DNA of 64,000 bases, taken from assembly GCA_965243135.1 (NCBI GenBank), contig OZ251539.1:5856001-5920000 (forward strand), given 5' to 3'. A program made the position numbers and the translations under genes. Shown here in pieces: positions 1 to 9,960 of this stretch; the first letter of the stretch is position 1; each line of letters starts with the position of its first letter. The stretch is from Alphaproteobacteria bacterium (GTDB lineage: Bacteria; Pseudomonadota; Alphaproteobacteria; MPNO01; UBA830). The notes beneath the pieces are model-generated. The model ran no database searches. It was not told the origin of the DNA and worked only from the letters and a program-made list of their open reading frames with translations.

Positions 1-1371
1 AAGGTCAAGATGGGCGCGACCCGCGACGGCCGCATCACGGCGGCCCAGGCCGAACTCAACTACCAGTCCGGCGCCTACGCGGGATCGTCGTTGCCGCTGG
101 CCACCATCACCGTCTTCACCCGATACGACATCGACAACGTCCTGGTGGTCGGCCACGACGTGACCACCAACAGGCCGAAAGTCGCCGCTTATCGGGCGCC
201 CGGCGCGCCGATGGTGGCGTTCGGCGTCGAGACCGTGATCGACGAGCTCGCCGAGGAACTCGGCATGGATCCTGTCGACATTCGTCTGAAGAACGCCGCG
301 AAGGAAGGGACGCAGACTCATTTCGGACCCAAGCTGGGGCCGATCGGCTTCATCCAGACCCTGGAGAAAGCGAAGGCGCATCCGCACATGCGGGAAAAGC
401 TGGGACCCGACCAGGGGCGGGGCGTCGCGTCGGGCTTCTGGTTCACGCTGGGCGCGGAGACCTCCGCCACGTTGAACATTGGCGAGGACGGAACGGCGAC
501 GCTGATCTTCGGCACGGTCGACGTGACCGGCGGTTCGCGCGCGGCGTTCGCCATGATCGTTGCCGAGGAACTTGGCATACCGTTCGAGAAGGTGCGGACG
601 ATGTCGGGAGACACCAGCGCGCTCGGCTTCAACTTCATGACGGCGGGAAGCCGCGGCACCGCGGCGGGCAGCATGGCCGCCGTCAAGGCCTCGCGGAACG
701 CGATCGCTCGCATGTGCGAAATCGCGGCCCGAAAGTGGGAAGTCGATCCCGAACAGGTCGTCTGGGAGGACGGCAAGGCGCGTCCGGCCGGCGCCAACGT
801 CGGCGATTTCGAACCGATGTCGGTTGCGGAAATCGTGCGCGAAGCCGCCTGGTTCGGCGGTTCCGTCGCGGGCCACGCGGAGATCAACGTCGCTCAGGGC
901 GGGCCGGGCTTCGGGACGCACGTCGTCGACGTGGAGGTCGACCGCAAGACCGGCGCCGTCAAGGTATTGCGCTACACGATCGTTCAGGATGCCGGCAAGG
1001 CGGTCTATCCGGAGTTCATCGAAGGCCAGTTCCAGGGCGGCGCGGTGCAGGGAATCGGGTTCGCGCTGAACGAGGAGTACATCTACAACGAACGCGGCGT
1101 CCTGGAGAACCCCGGTTTTCTCGACTACCGCGTTCCGGTCGCCTCGGACGTGCCGTTCATCAATACGGAGATCGTGGAGGCGCCCAACCCGGATCACCCC
1201 TACGGCGTTCGCGGGATCGGCGAGGTGCCGATCATCCCGCCGCTGGCGGCGATCTCCAACGCGATCTACGACGCGGTCGGCGTGCGGCTGCGCGACCATC
1301 CGATGTCCCCGCCGAAGATCCTGAAGGCGTTGAAGGAACGGGCGCTGGAGGAGCGGATCGCCGCGGAATGA
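1..1371 (+). CDS. Xanthine dehydrogenase/CoxL family molybdopterin-binding subunit (5' part outside window)
   Basis: AYRAPGAP, GQFQGGAVQG and GVRGIGE motifs of the Mo-hydroxylase large subunit; frame is open from the window edge. Confidence 0.9.
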   Translation, partial: KVKMGATRDGRITAAQAELNYQSGAYAGSSLPLATITVFTRYDIDNVLVVGHDVTTNRPKVAAYRAPGAPMVAFGVETVIDELAEELGMDPVDIRLKNAAKEGTQTHFGPKLGPIGFIQTLEKAKAHPHMREKLGPDQGRGVASGFWFTLGAETSATLNIGEDGTATLIFGTVDVTGGSRAAFAMIVAEELGIPFEKVRTMSGDTSALGFNFMTAGSRGTAAGSMAAVKASRNAIARMCEIAARKWEVDPEQVVWEDGKARPAGANVGDFEPMSVAEIVREAAWFGGSVAGHAEINVAQGGPGFGTHVVDVEVDRKTGAVKVLRYTIVQDAGKAVYPEFIEGQFQGGAVQGIGFALNEEYIYNERGVLENPGFLDYRVPVASDVPFINTEIVEAPNPDHPYGVRGIGEVPIIPPLAAISNAIYDAVGVRLRDHPMSPPKILKALKERALEERIAAE

Positions 1372-2360
1372 CGCGGGCGGCGCGGCTCTCCGGCGTTCCG
1401 GTGATCGATATCGGGGGATTCCGCGCCGGAGCCGACAAGGCGGATATCGCGGCGCAGGTGGCGCAAGCGTGCCGCGACATCGGCTTTCTCGTGATCTCGG
1501 GACACGGCGTGCCCGAAGAACTCGTCGATCGGATCGACCGCGTCTCGCGCGCGTTCTTCGACCTGCCGCTCGACGAGAAAATGGCCGTCGCTCGTCCGGC
1601 GCGCGACGTGACGCGCGGATACGTTCCGCTGGAGAACGAGGCCGTGGCCGCAAGCCGGGGGGCGGCGCCGGAAGGCGATCTGAACGAATCCTTCATGATC
1701 GGGCCGGTCGACGCGAACCTGGACGATCCCTATTGCCGCCGCGCCGCCGCCGGAACCCATTTCCATCCCAATCTGTGGCCCGACCGTCCGTCGGGCTTGC
1801 GGGAGGCTTTCACCGGCTACTACCGGGCGATGAGCGCGCTTGCGGCGATGTTGATGCGCATATTCGCCCTTGCGCTGAACTTGCCCGAAACCTGGTTCGA
1901 CTCCAGGATCGATCGCCATGTCAGCCGGCTTCGAGTGCGCAATTATCCTCCTTGCAGACCCCGGGCCGGGCAGCTTCGCGCCGGCCCCCACAGCGATTAC
2001 GGAAGCCTGACGATCCTGAAGACGGAAGCTGTTCCGGGCGGCCTTCAAGTGATGAACGAGGCTGGCGAATGGACCGACGTTCCCGCGTTGCCGGAAACGT
2101 TCGTCGTCAATCTCGGCGACATGATGGCGCGATGGACCAATGATCGTTGGGTATCGACGCTGCATCGCGTCGCGAACCCGCCTTCCGGCGAAACCAATCG
2201 GCGCCAGTCGATCGTGTTCTTCCACAACCCGAACTACGATGCGGTGATCGACTGCATTCCGTCTTGCGGCGCGTCCGCCTATCCGCCCGTCGCGGCGGGC
2301 GCGTATCTGAACGAGAAATTCACCCGTACTCAGGGAACGGGCAAGGCGGCGGCGCGGTAG
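1368..2360 (+). CDS. Isopenicillin N synthase-like 2-oxoglutarate/Fe(II) oxygenase
   Basis: VPVIDI N-terminus, HSD...H iron triad, RQS 2OG-binding motif; ATG overlaps the upstream stop (ATGA). Confidence 0.9.
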   Translation: MTRAARLSGVPVIDIGGFRAGADKADIAAQVAQACRDIGFLVISGHGVPEELVDRIDRVSRAFFDLPLDEKMAVARPARDVTRGYVPLENEAVAASRGAAPEGDLNESFMIGPVDANLDDPYCRRAAAGTHFHPNLWPDRPSGLREAFTGYYRAMSALAAMLMRIFALALNLPETWFDSRIDRHVSRLRVRNYPPCRPRAGQLRAGPHSDYGSLTILKTEAVPGGLQVMNEAGEWTDVPALPETFVVNLGDMMARWTNDRWVSTLHRVANPPSGETNRRQSIVFFHNPNYDAVIDCIPSCGASAYPPVAAGAYLNEKFTRTQGTGKAAAR

Positions 2361-2438
2361 GAAGCGTCCGAAAACGCCGTCGCGGGCAGGCGCCTTTTCG
2401 GGCTTCGGCAGCTCGGGATGAAGCAGGGGGAGGGATAG

Positions 2439-3413
2439 ATGCAAGGCAAGGTTGCGCTCGAGGAACACTACGCTATCGAGGACACGCTCATGGATTCGGC
2501 GGGCTACTTGCCGGAATACACATGGGAGGAGTTGTCCGCCCGCGTTCTCGATGTCGAGGGCAGGCGCATCGAGGAAATGGACAGGCATGGAATCGAAATC
2601 ATGATTCTGTCCCTCAACGCGCCCGCGGTGCAGGCGATTCCCGATCGCCGCAGGGCCGGAGACGTCGCTCGCAAGGCCAACGACAATCTGGCCGAATGGG
2701 TGGGCCGGCATCCCGGCCGTTTTCGCGGCTTCGCGGCGTTGCCGCTGCAGGACGTGGAAACGGCTTGCGCGGAGATGGAGCGCTGCGTGAAGGAACTCGG
2801 CTTCGTGGGGGCGCTTGTCAACGGGTTCTCGCAGATCGACGACCCTGAAACCGCCTACTACTACGACTTGCCGCAGTTCCGGCCGTTCTGGAACTTGATG
2901 GCCGAACTGGACGTCCCGTTCTACCTGCACCCGCGCAATCCGTTGCCGAGCATGGCGCAGATCTACGACGGCCATCCCTGGCTGCTCGGCCCGACCTGGG
3001 CGTTCGGCCAGGAAACCGCGGTTCATGCATTGCGTCTGATGGCGTCCGGGGTGTTCGACGAACATCCGAACCTGCAGATCGTTCTCGGCCATATGGGGGA
3101 AGGGTTGCCGTTCAGCATTTGGCGCTGCGACAACCGGAACGCGTGGACCGGCGCGCCGCCCGGCTATCCGGCGAAGCGGAGATTCGCGGAGTATCTGCAG
3201 GACAATTTCTACATCACGACGTCGGGAAACTTCCGCACCCAGGCTCTGATCAACACCATGCTCGAAGTCGGCGCGGACAGAATCCTGTTTTCCGCGGACT
3301 GGCCGTTCGAGAACGTCAGCCATGCCGCCGAGTGGTTCGACGTTTGCCCGATCAGCGAGGCCGATCGCAAAAAGATCGGCCGCTCCAACGCGATGCGGCT
3401 TTTCAGGCTGTGA
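2439..3413 (+). CDS. Amidohydrolase-2 family decarboxylase, gamma-resorcylate (2,6-dihydroxybenzoate) decarboxylase-like
   Basis: MQGKVALEEH N-terminus and SLNAPAVQ, YLHP, GHMGE, FSADWPFE motifs as in rhizobial gamma-resorcylate decarboxylase; strong RBS. Confidence 0.85.
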   Translation: MQGKVALEEHYAIEDTLMDSAGYLPEYTWEELSARVLDVEGRRIEEMDRHGIEIMILSLNAPAVQAIPDRRRAGDVARKANDNLAEWVGRHPGRFRGFAALPLQDVETACAEMERCVKELGFVGALVNGFSQIDDPETAYYYDLPQFRPFWNLMAELDVPFYLHPRNPLPSMAQIYDGHPWLLGPTWAFGQETAVHALRLMASGVFDEHPNLQIVLGHMGEGLPFSIWRCDNRNAWTGAPPGYPAKRRFAEYLQDNFYITTSGNFRTQALINTMLEVGADRILFSADWPFENVSHAAEWFDVCPISEADRKKIGRSNAMRLFRL

Positions 3414-4194
3414 GCTTCGCGGGAAGGGCGATGGAAATCGCGTAGATCGCCGCCGAGGCGACGACGATGGAAGGGCCGGACGGCGTGTCCCAGATCAGAG
3501 ACGCCTGAAGGCCGGCCGTCACCCCCAAGACGCCGAGCAACGCCGCGAGCAACGCCATCCGCTCGGGAGTCCGCGCGAAACGCCGGGCGGTCGCCGCGGG
3601 TATGATCAGCAGCGCGGTGACCATCATGATGCCGACGACTTTCATCGCCATCGCGATGACGAGCGCGAACAGAAGCATGAAAGCGGTCTGGGTTCGCGGC
3701 ACGTCGACGCCTTCGACGCGCGCGAGGTCCTCGTGAACCGTGATCGCCACGAGGTCTCGCCATAGCCAGGCGAGGATGCCGAGGGCCGCCGCGCCGCCTC
3801 CGTAGATCCAGATTATGTCCGTGGCCGAGGTCGCCAGGATGTCTCCGAACAGATAGGCCATCAAATCGACCCGCAGCGTCGCCAGAAACGAGACTGCGAC
3901 AAGTCCCAGGCCGAGCGAGGAATGCGCGAGGATGCCCAGCAGCGTGTCTTCCGCAAGGTGCCGCTGGTGGCGCAGCAGCACCATGGCGAAGGCGACTCCC
4001 AGGCAGACTGCGACGATGCCGATGTTGATGTCGATCCCCGTTATCAGTCCGAACGTGACGCCGAGCAGCGCCGAGTGGGCGAGCGTGTCTCCGAAATAGG
4101 CCATCCGGCGCCACACGACGAAGACGCCGGCCGCTCCCATGACGATCGCGACGCCGGTCCCGGCGACGAGGGCGCGCAGAACGAAATCAGGCAT
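3403..4194 (-). CDS. znuB: Zinc ABC transporter permease
   Basis: WRRMAYFGDTLAHSALLG motif, hydrophobic profile, operon context. Confidence 0.92.
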   Translation of the reverse strand: MPDFVLRALVAGTGVAIVMGAAGVFVVWRRMAYFGDTLAHSALLGVTFGLITGIDINIGIVAVCLGVAFAMVLLRHQRHLAEDTLLGILAHSSLGLGLVAVSFLATLRVDLMAYLFGDILATSATDIIWIYGGGAAALGILAWLWRDLVAITVHEDLARVEGVDVPRTQTAFMLLFALVIAMAMKVVGIMMVTALLIIPAATARRFARTPERMALLAALLGVLGVTAGLQASLIWDTPSGPSIVVASAAIYAISIALPAKLTA

Positions 4195-4909
4195 GCCGAT
4201 GGTCGTGGCTGTGGGAATAGACGGCGATCGTGGCGGGCCTGTCGCCCAGAAGGGCGAGATAGGCCGGGTGCTGGGAAACGTCCTCGGGCACTCCGGAACA
4301 GCAGACGTGTCCGTTCAGGCACAGGACCCGGTCGGTCGCCGCCATGACCAGGTGAAGGTCGTGCGAAACCATCAGAACGCCGCATCTCCGGGAATCGCGG
4401 ACCGAACGGATCAATTCGTGGATTTCGGTCTGTCCGCGCACGTCGACGTTCGCGGTCGGTTCGTCGAGCACCAGCAGGTCGGGCCTGCGCAGCAGGGCGC
4501 GGGCCAGCAGCACGCGATGGAGTTCTCCGCCGGACAGGAGACGGATCTCGTGTTCCATCACTTCCGGCGCGCCAACTTGCTCGAGTGCCTTCGAGAGCGC
4601 GGCCGGATCCCGTTCGCCGCTCAATTCGAGAAAGCGGCGCACGCTGATCGGCAGCGTGCGGTCGACCCTCAGACGTTGGGGCATGTAGCCGACGCGCAGA
4701 CCCGGCGCCGAATCGATCCTGCCCTTGTCGGGCCGCTGGAGGCCCAGCAGCGTGCGGATCAGCGTCGTTTTGCCGGAGCCGTTGGGGCCGATGAGCGTGA
4801 GAATTTGTTCCGGTTCGACCGCGATGTCGACGTCGTCGAGAATGGTCCGACGTCCCTTGCGGACGACGATGCCGGCTCCCCGCAGAAGAGGGCGCTTTTC
4901 GTCACCCAC
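4187..4909 (-). CDS. znuC: Zinc ABC transporter ATP-binding protein
   Basis: GPNGSGKT, LSGGE, DEP motifs; CLNGHVCCSG; His-rich C-terminus. Confidence 0.92.
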   Translation of the reverse strand: MGDEKRPLLRGAGIVVRKGRRTILDDVDIAVEPEQILTLIGPNGSGKTTLIRTLLGLQRPDKGRIDSAPGLRVGYMPQRLRVDRTLPISVRRFLELSGERDPAALSKALEQVGAPEVMEHEIRLLSGGELHRVLLARALLRRPDLLVLDEPTANVDVRGQTEIHELIRSVRDSRRCGVLMVSHDLHLVMAATDRVLCLNGHVCCSGVPEDVSQHPAYLALLGDRPATIAVYSHSHDHRHA

Positions 4910-5411
4910 GAGAGGCGCAATCTTTGCAGGAACCCTGCAGTTCGATCGTTTGGCGCGAGACGCTGAATCCTGCGCGCGACGCCTTGCTGGAGACGAGGGT
5001 GGCGACCTCGGGATCGTCGAGTTCGGCTACGCGCCTGCAGTCGATGCAGATCAGGAACTGCGCGGTATGCGCCCCGTCGGGCTTGCGGCAACCGACGAAG
5101 GCGTTGAGGGATTCGATCTTGTGCACGAGGCCATGCGTCAACAGGAAGTTGAGCGCGCGATAGACCGTAGGCGGGGCGGCCGCGCCGCGCTCTTCGCTCA
5201 GCTGCTCGAGGATATGGTAGGCGCCGATCGGCGCGTGGTGTTCCCAAACGATCTCCAGAACCCGTTTCCGGATTCCGGTGAGACGAAGATTGCCCTCGCG
5301 GCAGATTCGCTCCGCGGCGTTCAGGGCGTTCTCGATGCACTGCGCGTGATCGTGTTCTTTGGAAGGAAAGGCGGCATTGTCCACCGTGGAGATCTCCGTA
5401 ACGGATAACAT
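4902..5411 (-). CDS. zur: Zinc uptake regulator (Fur family)
   Basis: HDHAQC, PPTVYRAL, two CxxC motifs; located inside the znu operon. Confidence 0.9.
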   Translation of the reverse strand: MLSVTEISTVDNAAFPSKEHDHAQCIENALNAAERICREGNLRLTGIRKRVLEIVWEHHAPIGAYHILEQLSEERGAAAPPTVYRALNFLLTHGLVHKIESLNAFVGCRKPDGAHTAQFLICIDCRRVAELDDPEVATLVSSKASRAGFSVSRQTIELQGSCKDCASRG

Positions 5412-5554
5412 GAAATAATGTAACCCCTAATCAACTCCGAATCCAAGAACGGCGCGGTCATTGCCAAGCGCCGCCCGCGAGGCGGCCGCGGCGCGGGAGG
5501 CAGCGGGTCGCCCTGCCTCCTTCGCGTTCCGGCCTCCGCGCGCGCTGCGCGCCG

Positions 5555-6661
5555 TTACCCCAAGCATTTCCGGATCGATGCGGCCATGGCGCGGACGAGG
5601 GAGAAATACAGTTCGGGGCCGTCTTCCATCGCCGCTCCGAGGGGATCGAGAACGCCCGTCCGGGTGTTCGTCCCCTCGACGACGACGTCGACGAGCGAAG
5701 AGGAAAACTGCGGTTCCCGGAAGACGCACGCCGCAGAGGTTTCGCGCAATCTCTCGCGAATCTCGGCGACGCGCTGCGCGCCCGGAAGACGTTCCGGAGC
5801 GAGCGCGATCGCCCCGGCGGCGGTCAGGCCGAAGCGTTTTTCGAAGTATTGGTAGGCATCGTGAAACACGATGAACGGTTTGCCTCGAACGGGCGTCAGC
5901 GTTTCGCCGACTTCCTTGATCAGCGCGTCCAGGCGGGAAGCGAGCTCCCGTCCGTTCTTCGCGTAGACCGAGGCGTTCGCCGGATCGGCGGCGGACATCG
6001 TCTCGACGATCGATTCCGCCATCGCCCGGGCGTTCGCCGGATCGAGCCAGACATGCAGGTCGTGCTCCGCGTGTTGGCGGCGTTCGTCGTGGTGCTCGTC
6101 CGCTTCGGCATGCTTGTCGTGGCCGTGGCCGTGCTCCTTGTCCGCTTCGGCATGCTTGTCGTGGCCGTGGCCGTGCTCCTCGTCCGCTTCGGCGTGCTTG
6201 CCATGGCCGTGACCGTGCTCCTTGTCCGCTTCGGCGTGCTTGCCATGGCCGTGACCGTGGTCCTCGTCCGCTTCGGCGTGGTGCGCGTGGTCGTGGTGTT
6301 CGAAAGCGGCGTTCAGGCGGAGAGATCTCAGGACCATGCCCGGCGCGCGGAACAACGACACCACTCGGGCTTCGCGGCCAAGCGTCCGGATCGGGCCGGA
6401 CAGCGTGGCTTCGAAATCCTCGTCGATCCGGAAAATCACGCGAGCGTTTTCGAGCGCTTCGGCGTCGGAGGGCCGCATGGCGTAGCCGTGGGGGGAAGCC
6501 GCGCCCTTAATCAGAAGATGAGGCTTCGCGACGCCGGCTGTGACGAAACTCACCAGCGAGTGCAACGGCTTGATCGTGGCGACGATCCCGTCGGCCGCCG
6601 CCGGGCCGCAGAAGCCGACGATAGCCAAGGCCAGCAGTTTTCCCGTAGTCTTTGCGTGCAT
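5555..6661 (-). CDS. znuA: Zinc ABC transporter substrate-binding protein
   Basis: Signal peptide, SPHGY, HVWLDP and FHDAY motifs, His-rich loop. Confidence 0.92.
   Translation of the reverse strand: MHAKTTGKLLALAIVGFCGPAAADGIVATIKPLHSLVSFVTAGVAKPHLLIKGAASPHGYAMRPSDAEALENARVIFRIDEDFEATLSGPIRTLGREARVVSLFRAPGMVLRSLRLNAAFEHHDHAHHAEADEDHGHGHGKHAEADKEHGHGHGKHAEADEEHGHGHDKHAEADKEHGHGHDKHAEADEHHDERRQHAEHDLHVWLDPANARAMAESIVETMSAADPANASVYAKNGRELASRLDALIKEVGETLTPVRGKPFIVFHDAYQYFEKRFGLTAAGAIALAPERLPGAQRVAEIRERLRETSAACVFREPQFSSSLVDVVVEGTNTRTGVLDPLGAAMEDGPELYFSLVRAMAASIRKCLG
6092..6280 (-). repeat. About 4.5 x 42-bp tandem repeat encoding the ZnuA His-rich loop (HAEAD[KE]EHGHGH[GD]K)
   Basis: Repeat units visible in both DNA and translation. 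Confidence 0.9.
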
Positions 6662-6673
6662 GGTCGTATCCTT

Positions 6674-6908
6674 TCAGAATTCGGCGGAAAGCAGGGTGGC
6701 GAAGGCGTCGGAGTTCTTTCCGTCGCCGCCTTCCGCTTCGTCGTAACTGGTGTCGCGCTTCTCGACGATCGCCCTGTCCTGCGCCGCGACTCGCTCTTCC
6801 AGACAGCGTATGCGCCGCTCCATCTTGGCGAGGCGCTCCTCGAAGTAGTCCTGCGCCATGGCAGGCAAGGATTACCGCAGCGACGGCCGCCAAGGTTCCC
6901 GGTCTCAT
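6674..6908 (-). pseudogene. Internally deleted, frameshifted outer-membrane porin remnant (LbtU-like)
   Basis: RBS and signal peptide MRPGTLAAVAAVI/LPAMA-QD across a frameshift, then a coiled coil joined directly to a beta-barrel-type C-terminus (…GGDGKNSDAFATLLSAEF). Confidence 0.55.
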
Positions 6909-6937
6909 GGGTAGTCCTTCCGTGACATTGACAACTG

Positions 6938-6966
6938 ATCGTAATGATATAATGTATCATTACGAT
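6938..6966. promoter_or_regulatory. Zur box
   Basis: ATCGTAATGATA-TAATG-TATCATTACGAT perfect 12-5-12 dyad upstream of the znu operon, resembling the proteobacterial Zur consensus. Confidence 0.85.
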
Positions 6967-7029
6967 TATATCAACCCCTTCCCCAGCGGAGCCGTTTGCG
7001 CTGCGCCATTTTTTGCCGACCCGCCGCCG

Positions 7030-7450
7030 AGTCCCCGATCCGCGCTGAATTCCTTGCAGCGCCCGGCCAGCAGCGGCGTTTCCAGCCTGTCCCCGTCCAG
7101 TTCCTTGACCTCGGACCGCGGCGCCCGGGCAACGTCGAAGACTACCGGGATTTCGTGCTTGGTATCCGCGCGCAGCCCGAACCACGAATTGACCTTCAGC
7201 TCGCCTGTCTTCCCGTCGGCGGTCTCGCGCTTCCCCCGATCGGCGTCGGAAGTCTTTTGCGGCTGACCTGCCCCGTCGAGCGGTTGTCCACCGCCTTGCC
7301 GTCCGAGGCGCTCGCCGAAGTCCGGCAACTCGGCCTTGCTCCGTCCTCCGCGCACGCAAGTCCGTCGACGGTCTCGACGGAACCGAAGCCGCGATCGTCG
7401 CTTTCGGACGCAAGCTCTTCGGAGAACGCCGGATATCGCCGGAAACTTGG
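7030..7450 (-). mobile_element. Degraded DDE transposase fragment (IS4/IS5-like DDE_Tnp_1)
   Basis: Frameshifted pieces ELPDFGERLG/DGKAV…STGQ, SWFG…ADTKHEIPV and FSADRGL. Confidence 0.55.
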
Positions 7451-7575
7451 GCGCGGCTTTCGAGCCGGTTCGAGCGGCGGATGAATCTCGTCCGGCACGC
7501 AAGCGATGCCTGCGGCCGTTGCGTTCGACGGCCCGAGAACGTTCCGCCAGGTTCGCCGCCGCGCGAATGACGCGT

Positions 7576-8109
7576 TCAGTCGGCGGCTTCAGGATCCACT
7601 TCCAGCGCCTGCAGGACGCGGGTATGGGCGACGTAGGCGCCGATCAGGACCGTCAGTTCCACGAGCTGCCGCTCGTCGAAGCAGGCGCGCAGCGGTTCGA
7701 AAACCTTGTCGGGCACGACGATGTCGTGGAACACGGAGTCGACATAGGCGAGGGCGGCGCGCTCGCGCGCGTCGAACAGCTCCGAGCTTCTCCAGTCTTG
7801 CAACGCCGCGCACGCTTCGGGCGGAACGCCCTCCGCGCCCGCGAGTTCCGGCACATGCTGCCTCAGAACGTAGGCCGATCCCGCCATATGCGCGAGGCGC
7901 ACGATCACGATCTCGCGCAGCTTTCCGTCGATGGCGGTATCCCAGCGCACCCGATTGATGTGCTCGAACCAGCTCTCCGCCAGCGGCGGAGAATGAAGCA
8001 GCATTCGGTAGACGTTGATGACGCGGCCGCGGCGGCGGCTGCGCACTCGGCGCGCGAACCCCGCCAGTTCGGGTTGCCGGTCGGGGTCGATCAAGGGTAT
8101 GCGGGCCAT
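7576..8109 (-). CDS. Carboxymuconolactone decarboxylase/AhpD family protein
   Basis: LLHSPPLA, LREIVIVR, YVLRQH and ELTVLIGAY pattern. Confidence 0.85.
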   Translation of the reverse strand: MARIPLIDPDRQPELAGFARRVRSRRRGRVINVYRMLLHSPPLAESWFEHINRVRWDTAIDGKLREIVIVRLAHMAGSAYVLRQHVPELAGAEGVPPEACAALQDWRSSELFDARERAALAYVDSVFHDIVVPDKVFEPLRACFDERQLVELTVLIGAYVAHTRVLQALEVDPEAAD

Positions 8110-8156
8110 GGCGAAACTCCATGCGGCGAAACGCGCGCAAGACGACGGAGAGGATA

Positions 8157-9263
8157 GTGACGACTATAGCGGTCGAGGACGACAAGATTCTGCGATCCCT
8201 TCAGGTTCTTCTGGATCCTGCGGTCGATCCGGCGCGGGTCGATGCGTTTCGGGACTATCTGTCGTTCGACGAGCCGGATCCGGACGGTTGGTTCGATACC
8301 GTGCGCGGACGCTCGGCGTCCATCTATCCCTGCAGCGTGGTCATGGTTCGCGACGAGGCCGAAATGCGCGCGGCATTGCGCGGCGCGAGCGCGGTCGTGA
8401 CCGAGAGCCTCAGAATCGGGGCGGGAGATCTCGCGCCCGGACTGAAGCTCGTCCAGAAATTCGGCGTCGACGCGCGGAACATCGACGCGGCCGCCTGCGA
8501 AGCCGCCGGCGTCGCGGTGCGCACCTTGCGGCGCAGGGTGAACGGCGCGGTGGCCGAACATGCGCTGCTTCTGATGATGGCGGTCGGACGCAAGCTGGTG
8601 GAGACCCACGGCGCCCTCGACTTCGCGACGCTGCGGTCGCTCGGGTATGCGCCGAAAACGTTCGACGGCCGCCATGTCGCGGGGGCGAACTGGGCGCGGA
8701 TAACGGGCCTCAAGAGCCTTCAGGGCGCCGCTCTCGGCATACTGGGTTTCGGCGAGACGGGACGCGAGGCGGCGGCGCGGGCGGCGGCCATGGGGATGGA
8801 CATCCTCTATCATCAGCGTTCGCGCGCGCCGGAAGGGGTCGAGGCGGCGTTCAACGCGCGATACGTCTCGTTCGGGGAACTGCTCGGGCGGGCGGATTTC
8901 GTCAGCGTTCACCTGCCTTTGAACGACTCTACCGAAGGCATGATCGATTCGGCCGCCTTCTCGCGCATGAAGCCGGGCGCCGTGCTCGTCAACGTTTCGC
9001 GCGCGCGGATCGTCGACCGCGGCGCGCTGATCGCCGCGCTCGACGAAGGAAGGCTCGGCGGGGCGGGGCTCGACGTCCATTACGAGGAGCCCGGCGCGCC
9101 GGACGAGCCGCTCAAGCAATACCGCAACGTGGTTCTGAGCCCGCACATCGCGGTCGGAGCGCGGCAGCACAACATGGCGGATATCGCTGAATTGGCTGCC
9201 TGTCTCGCGGACGGCCTGGATGACGGAAGCCATGCCTCCGACGGTCGAACCCGGGCAGGATAA
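8157..9263 (+). CDS. D-isomer-specific 2-hydroxyacid dehydrogenase
   Basis: GILGFGETG, NVSR, GLDV and SPHIA motifs; GTG start after GGAGAGG RBS. Confidence 0.85.
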   Translation: MTTIAVEDDKILRSLQVLLDPAVDPARVDAFRDYLSFDEPDPDGWFDTVRGRSASIYPCSVVMVRDEAEMRAALRGASAVVTESLRIGAGDLAPGLKLVQKFGVDARNIDAAACEAAGVAVRTLRRRVNGAVAEHALLLMMAVGRKLVETHGALDFATLRSLGYAPKTFDGRHVAGANWARITGLKSLQGAALGILGFGETGREAAARAAAMGMDILYHQRSRAPEGVEAAFNARYVSFGELLGRADFVSVHLPLNDSTEGMIDSAAFSRMKPGAVLVNVSRARIVDRGALIAALDEGRLGGAGLDVHYEEPGAPDEPLKQYRNVVLSPHIAVGARQHNMADIAELAACLADGLDDGSHASDGRTRAG

Positions 9264-9532
9264 TCGGACCGAACCCGGAAAACGGCCATGATCCACAGAG
9301 AACACTTTTGGCGAGATCCAGATGCTGTCGGAACAGAAGCGGCAAGGACGCCCGCGAGTCAAAGTCGATCTTGAAGTAAGTTCCCGGCTTCGTGACGCAA
9401 CCTGCCGTGGGCACTATGGGCGCGATGATTGCCTGACTCTGGCCGTTGAAGCCGGGACTCGCCGGTTCTTCCTCGTTGTAGGGCGATAATTTTGCCATTA
9501 GATTTCTGGAAAATCGACTTGGAGAGCGAACT

Positions 9533-9960
9533 ATGCGCGGACTTCCCAAGCGCATTATCGACCATGCTGCGGCCTTGGCTGCGCCGCCGTGTCCGGCTGG
9601 CCCGCTTCACCTCGGCAATCTCGCGGCAGTCGATCAGCGTTGTCTCGTTTCGCGCGATCAGGCGATCTGATGCGCGTTTGCCAAGGCGTGCGCCTGATCG
9701 AGATCCGTTTCGGTCTTCGGGCCCCCGCGACGGCAAGGCGCTCGCCACTCTGTCGTCGCTGTTGTCTTCTGCCGCCAAGAGCGGTGCCGCGGCGAGCGTT
9801 TGTCTGGGCACTGGTAAGATCTCGCGCGCCTCGACGAGGCAGGAATCGCTGCAAGGGCGCTCGCCTATCATGTCCTCGCGCTATCGGTTGTCCGCCGCAA
9901 GACGATGTTCTTTGCCGGGAACGATGCCCGCAGCGGGCGGGTCGCCTACGAGGCCGCGCC
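9533..9960 (+). pseudogene. Degraded DUF6088/AbiEi-type (type IV TA) antitoxin
   Basis: Pieces across frames: MRGLPKRIIDHAAAL…LHLGNLAAVDQ / ALSRFARSGDLMRVCQGV…RFGLRAP; end coordinate approximate. Confidence 0.55.

Noticed and set aside
6092-6280. Regular repeats as a CRISPR array
   Set aside because: In-frame tandem coding repeat without spacers.
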